Assembly (NCBI GenBank): GCA_963728205.1
Contig: CAVSIV010000001.1
Coordinates: forward strand, 1,024,001 to 1,088,000
Length of the DNA stretch: 64,000 nt
Source of the DNA: an uncultured Chloroflexia bacterium
GTDB lineage: Bacteria > Chloroflexota > Dehalococcoidia > UBA2979
Reading direction: 5' to 3'
In this document: positions 11,276 to 20,262 of the stretch, piece after piece
Layout of the letters: every line of letters begins with the position of its first letter
Numbering within the stretch: the stretch's first letter is position 1
Translations under genes and position numbers: made by a program
The notes under the pieces: model-generated
The model's database searches: none
What the model saw: the letters and a program-made list of their open reading frames with translations, nothing else
Told to the model about the DNA's origin: nothing

Positions 11276-12582
11276 CCCGCGCCGCGCCCCCCACCCCCCG
11301 CGCCTCCGCGCTCCTCCGTCCGCGGTGCGAAGCGCACACGCCGCACCACGGCGCCGCGCGCGTCGAGCACCGTGACCCGCCAGCCATCGACGTCCACGAA
11401 ATCGCCCACCGCCGCTATCCGCCCGAGCTCGGTCATCACCAGCCCGGCCACCGTCGAATACGCCCCGTGCGGCGACGGCAGCTCGACGCCGAGGTCCGGC
11501 AGGTCGTGCACCGGGTAGCGCCCGAGCAGCTCGATGCTCCCGTCGTCGCGTCGCTGTGCCGACACGACGTCGCGGTCGTACTCGTCGAAGATCTCCCCGA
11601 CGAGCTCCTCGACCAGGTCCTCGACCGTCACCATGCCGTCGATGCCGCCGAACTCGTCGGCGACCACCGCCATCTGCTGGTGGGCCGCCTGCATGCGGCG
11701 CAGCGCCTCCAGCACGCGCACGGTCTCGGGGAAGATCGGCGCCTCGCGGACGTGCTCGTGCAGCGGCGAGGCCGGGTCCGCGGCCAGCAGGTCGATCACC
11801 TCCACGATGCCGGCGAGGTGATCGAGATCGCCGTCGGCGACGGGGGCGCGGTGGTGCGCGGCCGCCGCCAGGCGGTCGAGCGCGTCGCGGGTCGTGAGGT
11901 TGCGGTCGAGGAAGAAGACGGCGCGCCGCGGCACGAGCACGTCGCGCAGCGGACGCTCGCCGGCCTCCACGGCGCCGACGATGATCCGCCGCTGCAGGTC
12001 GGTCATCGACGCCTGGCCGGCCGCGAGATGGCGGAACTCCTCGGGCGACATCTCCGTGCGCGGCTGATCCGTGCTGCCGCCGGCGGCGCGCACCACGAGG
12101 TTCGTCGCGACCCCGAGCACCCATACCGCGGGTCGCGTCGCGCGGCCCACGAGCACCAGCGGCCGCACGGCGACCAGCGACCAGCGCTCCGCCCACTGCA
12201 TCGCGAGCCGTTTCGGTGCGAGCTCGCCGACGACGAGCGTGACGAACGTGAGCGCCAGCGTGACGAGCACGACCGCGACCGCGCCGGCCGCGCCGCCGAA
12301 CGCCGGCTCGAGTGTCGACTCCAGCTGTCCCGCCAGCCCGACGGCTGCCGTCGCCGAGGCGAGGAAGCCCGTCAGCGTGATGCCGATCTGCACGGTCGCG
12401 AGGTACTCGTTCGGGTCGCGCGCCAGCCGCGCGACGAGCCGCCCGCGGGCGCCGCGGGCGCGCTCCAGGCGCCGCAGCTGGCCCTCGTTCAGCGAGAGCA
12501 GCGCGATCTCCGAGCCCGAGAACGCGGCGTTGACCAGGATCAGGACCGCGACCACCGCCAGCCGCGCCCAGGCATCGCTCAT
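11272..12582 (-). CDS. HlyC/CorC family (CNNM-CBS-CorC) transporter
   Basis: NAAFSGSEIAL, TVQIGITL, GELAPK, CBS pair with VADEFGG...TVEDLVEELVGEI. Confidence 0.92.
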   Translation of the reverse strand: MSDAWARLAVVAVLILVNAAFSGSEIALLSLNEGQLRRLERARGARGRLVARLARDPNEYLATVQIGITLTGFLASATAAVGLAGQLESTLEPAFGGAAGAVAVVLVTLALTFVTLVVGELAPKRLAMQWAERWSLVAVRPLVLVGRATRPAVWVLGVATNLVVRAAGGSTDQPRTEMSPEEFRHLAAGQASMTDLQRRIIVGAVEAGERPLRDVLVPRRAVFFLDRNLTTRDALDRLAAAAHHRAPVADGDLDHLAGIVEVIDLLAADPASPLHEHVREAPIFPETVRVLEALRRMQAAHQQMAVVADEFGGIDGMVTVEDLVEELVGEIFDEYDRDVVSAQRRDDGSIELLGRYPVHDLPDLGVELPSPHGAYSTVAGLVMTELGRIAAVGDFVDVDGWRVTVLDARGAVVRRVRFAPRTEERGGAGGGGRGAG

Positions 12583-12680
12583 GCGCGCAGGATACGGGTC
12601 GCGCTAGGATTCGGCGGATCCGCCGTCCGGCGGACGCGGCCCGCAGCCGCCCGCGGGCGGCGCGAGCGAGAGGACCCACG

Positions 12681-13538
12681 ATGGCCGTCGACAGCTTCAA
12701 GTACCTCCCGCGCAGCTTCCGCGATGGCTACGACATCCCGTACCAGGCGGACACGCCTGCGTGGGCGCCGCTCGGCGTGCCCGTCGAGCAGGCGACCGTC
12801 GCCCTGATGACGTCGGCCGGCCTCTACCTCAAGGACGAGCAGCCGCCGTTCGACCTCGAGCGTGAGCAGGCGAACCCGCTGTGGGGCGACCCCTCGTACC
12901 GGGTCATCCCGCGCGACGTGCGCCAGGAGCAGATCGGCGCCGCGCACCTGCACCTCAACACGCGCGACTTCTTCGAGGACTTCAACGTCGCCCTCGCCAT
13001 CCGCGCCTTCGACGAGCTGGCCGCCGAGGGACGCATCGGGGCGGTGGCCGACGAGCACTACTCCTTCATGGGCTACCAGGAGCGGTCGCTCGAAGGCTGG
13101 CGCACGCGCTACGCCCCCGAGGTCGCGAAGCGGCTGCGCGACGCCGGCGTCAACGCGCTGGTGCTGGCGCCCGCCTGACCGGACTGCTGCCGGAACGTGC
13201 CCGTGCTGGCACGTCTCATCGAAGAGGCCGGCGTCGCGACCGTGATCGTCACGATGATGCCCGACGTCGCCGAGAAGTTCCGTCTCTCGCGGGTGGTCGG
13301 CGTGCAGTTCCCGTTCGGCCACGCGTTCGGCATGCCGCACGACCGCGCGATGCAGCGCGCGGTCGCCGAGGCGGCGGTGCGGTTGCTCGGTGAGGCGATG
13401 GCCCCGGAGACGCGGCTTGACCTCGACATCGCGTGGCCGGTCGACGACCGGACGGCGTATCGCGACTGGCAGCCGTCGGAGCCGAGTCCAATCGTCGCCT
13501 ACAATGCCGCGCGCCGCGCGAACCCGGACGCGCGGTAG
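12681..13538 (+). CDS. GrdB/PrdB-like selenoprotein (Sec at in-frame UGA 13176-13178; U-P-D-C-C)
   Basis: ORFs 12681-13178 and 13197-13538 are in one frame separated only by TGA; VALMTSAG, GDPSYRVIP, HYSFMG, LAPA-U-PDC...LARLIEEAG match reductase selenoprotein B family; hairpin downstream of UGA. Confidence 0.85.
13195..13214 (+). promoter_or_regulatory. Putative bacterial SECIS hairpin
   Basis: Stem ACGTGCC/GGCACGT with loop CGTGCT (G at loop position 2), starting 16 nt after the UGA. Confidence 0.65.
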
Positions 13539-13593
13539 CCGCAGCGAGCAGGCGTCACCCCCCGGCGGGCGGCAGGCGTCAGTCCTCAGCGGA

Positions 13594-13693
13594 GCGTCAA
13601 AGCGGCGGCAGACATGCCGCCGACAGAAGCGCGGCGCCAGCCGCGGACTGCGTCCGCGTCCTGTCGGCGGCATGTCTGCCGCCGCTTTGACGC
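13594..13693. repeat. REPIN-like palindromic doublet, family A, copy 1
   Basis: 33-bp perfect inverted arms GCGTCAAAGCGGCGGCAGACATGCCGCCGACAG; each arm is itself a hairpin (CGGCGGC-N6-GCCGCCG). Confidence 0.9.
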
Positions 13694-13715
13694 GAGCAGG
13701 CCCTACACTGCCCTC

Positions 13716-13919
13716 GTGCCCACCGACGCCGAGCGCCAGGCCTACCGCGACGCCTTCGACGACTGGCAGCGCAAGCTGCAGGACGTGCACGCCTTCCTCC
13801 TCGACGGGGACCGCCAGGGCAGGCGGCCCGACGAGATCAAGGGCATGCTCAACCGCGAGGCGCGTGCGAAGGCGGCCTACGACGCCGCGCGGCTCCGCCT
13901 GCTCGGCATCGACGAGTAA
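13716..13919 (+). CDS. Small hypothetical helical protein (67 aa)
   Basis: GTG start 6 nt after TACACT; GC3-rich codon usage. Confidence 0.65.
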   Translation: MPTDAERQAYRDAFDDWQRKLQDVHAFLLDGDRQGRRPDEIKGMLNREARAKAAYDAARLRLLGIDE

Positions 13920-13964
13920 GGAACGTTCTTGCGTGCGTCGGCCCCGGGGCCGACGCTGGCTGCG

Positions 13965-14798
13965 ATGACCATCAACCCCGCCACTCCGTCGTCGGCTCCC
14001 GCCGCGCCGCCGCCCCACCCCGACGGCGGCTGGCGGGGCTTCGCGCGACGCGGCTACCCGCGCTCGATCCTGATCGGCGCCGCGTTCGCGGCCGCCTGGT
14101 CGCCGTGCATCGGCCCGATCCTGGGCGTCGTGCTGACGCTCGCGGCTGCCTCCGGCACCGCGGCCCAGGGCGCGCTGCTGCTCGTCTGCTACGGGCTCGG
14201 GCTCGGCGTGTGGTTCCTCGCCATGGGGCTCTTCTTCGGCTGGCTCTCGCCGCGCCTGCGACGTCTCCAGCGCTACATGCAGCCGCTGATGATCGCGAGC
14301 GGCGTCTTCTTCATCGCCATCGGCGGGCTGATGTTCCTCGGCGAGTTCCAGCGCCTGAACAACTACTTCGCGGGCTTCGGCTTCTTCTTCGGCCAGACCG
14401 CATCGACCGAGCAGAGCCTCAGCAGCGGGGTCACGGGGTGGCTCGGTCCGGCGGTGGCGTTCTTCGGCGGCGTGATCTCGTTCCTCTCGCCCTGCGTGCT
14501 GCCGCTCGTCCCGGCGTATCTCGTCAGCATCGCGGGCGAGACGGTGCTCGGCGGCGAGCAGACGACGAGCGCGGAACGGCGTCGCATCGTCCGGCACGCG
14601 GTCGCCTTCGTGATCGGGTTCACCGTCGTGTTCGCCGTGCTCGGCGCGTCGGCGGGATTCGTCGGCGGGCTGATCACGAACCAGCTCGACCTCCTGACGC
14701 GCGTGGGCGGGGTCGTGCTGGTCATCCTCGGCATGCAAATGAGCGGCCTCATCCATTTGCCATACCTGGATCGCACATATTCATTCCAGGTTGATTGA
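13965..14798 (+). CDS. ccdA: Cytochrome c biogenesis CcdA-like protein, circularly permuted
   Basis: Both Cys motifs present (AWSPCIGPIL and SFLSPCVLPL) but in reverse of the canonical order. Confidence 0.88.
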   Translation: MTINPATPSSAPAAPPPHPDGGWRGFARRGYPRSILIGAAFAAAWSPCIGPILGVVLTLAAASGTAAQGALLLVCYGLGLGVWFLAMGLFFGWLSPRLRRLQRYMQPLMIASGVFFIAIGGLMFLGEFQRLNNYFAGFGFFFGQTASTEQSLSSGVTGWLGPAVAFFGGVISFLSPCVLPLVPAYLVSIAGETVLGGEQTTSAERRRIVRHAVAFVIGFTVVFAVLGASAGFVGGLITNQLDLLTRVGGVVLVILGMQMSGLIHLPYLDRTYSFQVD

Positions 14799-14853
14799 GA
14801 TCGCGCCCCAGTGGGCGTGCGGCCACACGTGGCGCGTGGTTAGACTGTGGCCC

Positions 14854-15300
14854 ATGGACGCCGACTTTGGGATCGACCTCGAGGCCATCATCCGCGTCGT
14901 GGAGGAGGCGGACGTCTTCATCGTCCGCTTCGGGCTGATCGACCAGCGGCTGCTGGTGGACACCCGACCGAACGACAGCGGCACGCCGTTCATCCGCGTC
15001 GTGCCGCCGGCCTCGTCGGCCGAAGAGCGCTACCGCTACCTCCAGCGCGAGCGACCGGGCATGCCGCTTCCGGACCAGATCACGGTCTTCCAGTGGCCGC
15101 GCGCCGTGCAGACGATGAAGGACCTGGGGCTCTGGGACCGCATCGAGCAGCGGCTCGTCCGCGTCGGCGGCGAGCCCGCCGGCACGCTCGCCGAGCACGC
15201 CTTCGCCGACGCCCGTCGACTCGAGCGCGCCGACCTCTTCGCCGCGATCCGCGGCGGCGAGGGCTACGAGACGCTCTGGTCCCGCGAGGGCAACGAGTAG
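14854..15300 (+). CDS. Hypothetical protein
   Basis: Protein-like composition; TAGACT 7 nt upstream of ATG. Confidence 0.7.
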   Translation: MDADFGIDLEAIIRVVEEADVFIVRFGLIDQRLLVDTRPNDSGTPFIRVVPPASSAEERYRYLQRERPGMPLPDQITVFQWPRAVQTMKDLGLWDRIEQRLVRVGGEPAGTLAEHAFADARRLERADLFAAIRGGEGYETLWSREGNE

Positions 15301-15316
15301 CCGCCCGAGCATCGCC

Positions 15317-15474
15317 GGCAAGCGGCGGCAGATACGCCGCCGATGTGCCACCGACATCAGTCGTGCCCGCCGTGAAGTTCGTGCCGCCGTGAAATGGCGT
15401 CTGGACGCCGCGGGGCTCGGGGACGCGGCCAGAGGGCCGCGTCGATATCGGCGGCGTGTCTGCCGCCGCTTGCC
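15317..15474. repeat. REPIN-like doublet, family A, copy with a longer, unrelated spacer
   Basis: Arms GGCAAGCGGCGGCAGATACGCCGCCGAT / ATCGGCGGCGTGTCTGCCGCCGCTTGCC, between convergent genes. Confidence 0.85.
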
Positions 15475-15489
15475 TCGGGGCGCGGTCGG

Positions 15490-15855
15490 CTACGCCTGTA
15501 CGATCCCGACCGCCTGTCCGTCCGGTGCTCGCACCAGCGCGATGTGTGCGCCGCCGGGCCCCTGCTGCCGGATCGGGACGAGCACCTTCGCCCCGGCCGC
15601 CTCCGCCCGCGGCACCGTCGCCCGGAGGTCGGCGACGCGAAACCACAGCGTGACCGCCGGCGCTGCGCCGGCGGGGAGCGCGCGCAGCGTCCCGTGCACG
15701 TCGAAGTCGCCCGGCCCGCCGGGGTCGATGCCCACGTTCGCGCCGCCATTGGTCGACGCGTCGTCGAACGTCCAGTCGAAGACCTCGGCGTAGAAGCGAC
15801 GCGCGCCCTCGGGGTCGGGCGTGGCGATGTGGAAGAAGACGAGCGGGCTGGGCAA
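15490..15855 (-). CDS. VOC/glyoxalase family protein
   Basis: FFHIATPDPEGARRFYAEVFDW, WFRVADL, APDGQAVGI; TTG start after GAGGAGG. Confidence 0.85.
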   Translation of the reverse strand: MPSPLVFFHIATPDPEGARRFYAEVFDWTFDDASTNGGANVGIDPGGPGDFDVHGTLRALPAGAAPAVTLWFRVADLRATVPRAEAAGAKVLVPIRQQGPGGAHIALVRAPDGQAVGIVQA

Positions 15856-16019
15856 GCGGACCTCCTCGCGCTCGCGCGCCGGCGAGGGGCCGCCGGGCCG
15901 GTCGCGATCATACGGGCGCGGCGCCCGCTCGCGGCCGCGCAAGATGCCAAGCCGCACCTCTGGTACGCTCGGCCGCATCACCGCTTTCGGCCGTCACCGC
16001 CCCGGCGAGGGATCGCGTC

Positions 16020-17090
16020 GTGCCCAACCCCAGCGCCAGTCCGAGCGTCATCGACCTCCGCTCCGACACCGTCACGCGGCCGTCGGATGCCATGCGCCGC
16101 GCGATGGCGGAGGCCGAGGTCGGCGACGACGTCCTCGGCGACGACCCCACCGTCCAGCGCCTCGAAGCGGCCGCCGCCGAGCGCATCGGCAAGGAGGCGG
16201 CGCTCTACGTGCCCAGCGGGACGATGGCGAACCTCGTCGCGCTGCTCACGCACTGCGGGCGCGGCGACGAGGCGATCGTGGGCTCCGAGGCGCACATCCT
16301 GCACCACGAAGCCGTCGGCGCGTCGGCGCTGGGCGGCATCTCGCTGCGCACGGCGCGCAACGACGCGCACGGTCGCATTGACCCGGCCGAGGTGGCGGCG
16401 CTGGTGCGCACGAACGTGCCGCCGCGCACCGGGCTCGTGTGCCTCGAGAACACGCAGAACCGCTGCGGCGGCGCGGCGATCCCCGCGCACGAGATCCGCG
16501 CGGTCGCCGACGCCGCGCACGCGGCCGGCGCTGCCGTGCACATCGACGGCGCGCGCATCTTCAACGCCGCCGCCGCGCTGGAGACCGACGCCGCGAGCCT
16601 CGTCGCGCCCGCGGACAGCGTCTCGTTCTGCTTCTCGAAGGGCCTCGGCGCGCCCGTCGGCTCCGTGCTGACCGGCTCCCGCGAGTTCATCGACCGCGCG
16701 CGCCCGATCCGTCGCCAGGTCGGCGGCGGCATGCGGCAGGCCGGCGTGATCGCGGCCGCCGCCCTCTACGCGCTCGAGCACCACGTGGACCGGCTCTCCG
16801 AGGACCACGCGAACGCGCGGAGCCTCGCGCAGGGGCTGGCCGGGCTGCCGTCGCTGCACCTCGAGGACCCGGTGCCGGCGTCGAACATGGTGTTCTTCGA
16901 GCTCCGCGGCGTCGACGGCGCCGACTTCCGCCGGCGCCTGCGCGACGTCGGCGTGCTCTGTAGCGCGATGGCGCCGCAGCGCATGCGCATGGTGACGCAC
17001 CTCGACGTTTCCGCCGAGCAGATCGACGAGGCCGTGGCGCGCATCCGCCGCGTGCTGGAGGCGGCGCCGACGGCGCCCACCACGCCGTAG
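16020..17090 (+). CDS. ltaE: Low-specificity L-threonine aldolase
   Basis: [36 protein letters not shown] (PLP Lys), GGGMRQAG. Confidence 0.93.
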   Translation: MPNPSASPSVIDLRSDTVTRPSDAMRRAMAEAEVGDDVLGDDPTVQRLEAAAAERIGKEAALYVPSGTMANLVALLTHCGRGDEAIVGSEAHILHHEAVGASALGGISLRTARNDAHGRIDPAEVAALVRTNVPPRTGLVCLENTQNRCGGAAIPAHEIRAVADAAHAAGAAVHIDGARIFNAAAALETDAASLVAPADSVSFCFSKGLGAPVGSVLTGSREFIDRARPIRRQVGGGMRQAGVIAAAALYALEHHVDRLSEDHANARSLAQGLAGLPSLHLEDPVPASNMVFFELRGVDGADFRRRLRDVGVLCSAMAPQRMRMVTHLDVSAEQIDEAVARIRRVLEAAPTAPTTP

Positions 17091-18092
17091 TGACCACGCG
17101 CCGCGCCGTCCGCCCGCCACGCCCCGGCGCTGGCGCCGCCTCCCCGCGCTCCGGGCGCGCCGACCGCTCGGTCGGGGGCGCGCCGAGGCGCGCCCCGTCG
17201 GCCGATCCCGCGCGGCACGCATCGCCGGAACACCCAAGCGGCGGCAGAGATGCCGCCGACAGACGCGCGGCGCCAGCCGCGGACTGCGTCCGCGTCCTGT
17301 CGGCGGCATCTCTGCCGCCGCTTGGGGCGACGCTCCGGCCCGGCCTGCTGGCCGTGCTCGCGGCCGTCGCGTTGCTCGCCGCCGCCTGCTCCGCCTCGAG
17401 CTCGAGCGGCCCCACGTCCGACGTCGTCGCCGGGACGCCCGGCTTCGCCGACGGCGAGCAGTTCACCTACGCGGTCGTCGACGACAACAAGGCGGTCGTC
17501 GGCCTCGACGTATTCTCGACGCACCTGCAGGGCGACACCTACGTGCTCGAGCAGTCGTACACCGAGTCCGCGTCGTCCGTGCCCGCCGGCCAGCAGCCGA
17601 CGACCGACGTCGTCCGCGTGACCGTGCACCGCGACACGCTCAAGCCGATCTCCGGCACGCGCGAGAATCGACCGGCGGACCGACCAGGGCCGGTCGCAGG
17701 AGTCGTACGCGTGGCAGTACGGGGCGGACGACCGCGGCCGCGCGACGATGACGGTCACGCACACGGCCGCCGGCAGTACCGAGGAGCACACGCTGCGCCT
17801 GCGCGACCACTACTACGACAACGAGAGCTCGCTGTGGCTCTGGCGCACGCTGGCGTTCACGACGGGCTACGACGAGCAGTACGTCTCCGTGAACGCGATC
17901 GAGGGCAGCCAGCAGACGGTCGACGTGCGCGTCCCACAGCGCCAGCCGCAGGCCGTCCCCGCCGGAACGTTCGACACGTGGCGACTCCTCGTCCGCAACG
18001 GCCGTGCAATCCGCACGGCGTGGGTGAACACGGCCGCCCCCGGCGATGTCGTGCAGTGGGACAACGGCACGGTGCTCTTCCAGCTCCAGTAG
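17090..18092 (+). CDS. Putative lipoprotein (DUF3108-like); frameshift at ~17666; start uncertain
   Basis: Lipobox LAAAC; VPAGTFDTWRL motif; removing one A in GAGAATCGAC joins ORFs 17090 and 17748. Confidence 0.65.
17233..17326. repeat. REPIN-like doublet, family A, copy 2
   Basis: Arms CCCAAGCGGCGGCAGAGATGCCGCCGACAG and its reverse complement; spacer nearly identical to copy 1. Confidence 0.9.
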
Positions 18093-18104
18093 ACGAACGG
18101 GGGG

Positions 18105-18809
18105 TCAGCCGCCGGCGCGGCCCGCCGCCCACACGCACCCGCGGCCGGCGGCGCGCGCCGCATCCTCCAGCTGACCGAGCCCGTCGTGCAGCGCGCCGCC
18201 GGCGCCGGACGGTCGAACGAGCCCTTCGCTCACCAGCGTCGCATCGATGGAGTGCCCGTCCGACGTGTAGACGTAGCGCAGCTCGTGGCCGGAGGCATCC
18301 TCCTGCGGACCGTCGGCGCGCAGGAGCACTTCGCCCGCCGCCAGCTCCTTCAGCCGCTGCGCGGCCAGCGTCGCGCACGCCGACCCGGCGGCCGGCGGCT
18401 CGACGCCAATCAGCCGCACGGTCAGCGCCGTCCCCAGCGCAGACACGTCCAGCGTCGCCCCGTCGACGACGCGCACGACGGTGACCGGCGTCAGCGCCGC
18501 CGGGTCGGCGGCGCGCAGCGCGTCGACCGGCGGCGCGGGCGTCTCGGGGGCCTGCACGTGCCGCGCGAGCAGCGCCGCGACAATCACCGACGCCGCGACG
18601 AGGATCCCCAGCACGAGCGTCCAGCGCCCGAGCGTGCGCCGCCGCCTCTCCTCCGCCGCCCCGGGCGGCGCAGGCAGCGGCCGCCGGCGCCGCTCCGGTC
18701 GCGTGCGGCTCGCGTTCAGGCGATGCAGCGTGGGCGGCGCCGACTCCTCCTCCGGGCGCTCGGAGCGCTCCGGCCGCCGCAGCGGCCGCGGCCGGTGGTC
18801 GTCGCTCAC
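18105..18809 (-). CDS. Membrane-anchored thermonuclease (SNase)-fold protein, catalytic motifs degenerate
   Basis: TM helix then VVRVVDGATL, VRLIGVEPP, DASGHELRYVY, LVSEGL, ARAAGRGCVW. Confidence 0.75.
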   Translation of the reverse strand: MSDDHRPRPLRRPERSERPEEESAPPTLHRLNASRTRPERRRRPLPAPPGAAEERRRRTLGRWTLVLGILVAASVIVAALLARHVQAPETPAPPVDALRAADPAALTPVTVVRVVDGATLDVSALGTALTVRLIGVEPPAAGSACATLAAQRLKELAAGEVLLRADGPQEDASGHELRYVYTSDGHSIDATLVSEGLVRPSGAGGALHDGLGQLEDAARAAGRGCVWAAGRAGG

Positions 18810-19393
18810 GACGCCTCCGCCGGTCCTACCACGGGGGCCGACGCCTCCTCGACCGACTCGGCCAGAACGCCCCAGCTCGCGCGCACCGTGCGCAACGTCG
18901 CGTCGAACGGCCCGACCTCGTTGAACGCCAGCGCCACGAGACCGCCCGCACGGTATCGCTCGCGTTCCTCCACGGTCGGCCCGGTGGCGGCCGCTCCCGG
19001 CAACGCGTCGACGCTCTCGAGGAGGTCGCGCACCTGCCACTCGAACACCTCGGCCGCGCCCACCGCGAACACCCACAGCGCCGCCGGCTTCGCCCCGGGC
19101 GCCGGCGGCGACGACTCCGTGTCGACGGCCGCGCTCCACATCCCGCTGATCACGGGCGCCAGCCCGCGCATGACGAATCGCATGTGCGCGGGCGACGCCG
19201 CGAAGGGCTCGAGCGCTGTCAGCCCCGTGAGCCACGCGGCCACGATGACGCGGTCGGCCGACGCCGCGACGGTGACCGCCTCCACGCCATCCGCGTCGCG
19301 CAGGGCATGCGCGAGCTCGAGCGCGCGCTCCACGCCCGCCGCGTCGGCGTCCGGCTTCAGCCGCGCCGCGACCAGGTGCAGGAGGTGCGACAC
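18806..19393 (-). CDS. Dabb-like (stress-responsive A/B barrel) protein
   Basis: N-terminal LHLVAARLKPD...LEPFAASPAHMRF pattern. Confidence 0.5.
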   Translation of the reverse strand: MSHLLHLVAARLKPDADAAGVERALELAHALRDADGVEAVTVAASADRVIVAAWLTGLTALEPFAASPAHMRFVMRGLAPVISGMWSAAVDTESSPPAPGAKPAALWVFAVGAAEVFEWQVRDLLESVDALPGAAATGPTVEERERYRAGGLVALAFNEVGPFDATLRTVRASWGVLAESVEEASAPVVGPAEAS

Positions 19394-19398
19394 GGGGG

Positions 19399-20262
19399 CT
19401 ATCGCCGCGGTGGGGGACCGGCGGGCGGGCGCCGCATCCGCGACGCGCCGGGTGATGTTGCTGCGGCGTCGCCCGGCGGCGGCTCGCCGTGCGCGATCGC
19501 CGCGCGGCGGCGCGACTGCGACACGATCAGGCCTTCGCCCTCCGGCAGCAGTCGCCCGTCGGACATCTCGAGCACGCGGTCCACGTGCTCGATCACGAAC
19601 GGGTCGTGGGTCGCGGTCAGCACGGTCACGCCGCTCGCCGCGACCTCGCGCAGCAGCTCGAAGATCTGGGCGCCCGTCGTGGAGTCGAGCTCGCCCGTCG
19701 GCTCGTCGGCGATCAGGATCGCGGGCGCGTTCGCCAGCGCGCGCGCTACGGCCACACGCTGCTGCTCGCCGCCCGAGAGCTCGTACGGGCGGTGGTCGGA
19801 GCGCGACGTCAGCCCGACGCGCTCGAGCAGCATCCGCGTGCGCTCCCCGCGCTCGCGTACCCCCGCGCCGGCGATGCGCAGCGCGAGCTCCACGTTCTCC
19901 GCCGCCGAGAGCAGCGGCAGCAGGCCGAACGACTGGAACACGAACCCGATCGTGTGCCGCCGCAGCTCGGTCAGCTCGCGGTCGCCGAAGCGGGCGATAT
20001 CGCGCCCGAGCAGCAGCACCTCGCCGCTGTCCGGCCGGTCGAGCCCCGCGATCATGTTCAACAGGGTGGTCTTGCCCGACCCGGATCGCCCGACGATCGC
20101 GAGGAACTGGCCGCGCGGCACCGTCAGTGACACGCCCTGCACGGCGTGCACGTCGGTGCCGGCGATGTGGAACGTGCGGTTGACGTCGCGCACCTCGATC
20201 GGCGCGTCGTCGCCGGCGTGGCCCGCGGGCGGCGCGGTGTGTGCCGCGCGCTCGACGGTCAT
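19399..20262 (-). CDS. ABC transporter ATP-binding protein (LolD/MacB-like)
   Basis: GRSGSGKT, LSGGEQQR, ADEPTGELD. Confidence 0.93.
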   Translation of the reverse strand: MTVERAAHTAPPAGHAGDDAPIEVRDVNRTFHIAGTDVHAVQGVSLTVPRGQFLAIVGRSGSGKTTLLNMIAGLDRPDSGEVLLLGRDIARFGDRELTELRRHTIGFVFQSFGLLPLLSAAENVELALRIAGAGVRERGERTRMLLERVGLTSRSDHRPYELSGGEQQRVAVARALANAPAILIADEPTGELDSTTGAQIFELLREVAASGVTVLTATHDPFVIEHVDRVLEMSDGRLLPEGEGLIVSQSRRRAAIAHGEPPPGDAAATSPGASRMRRPPAGPPPRR

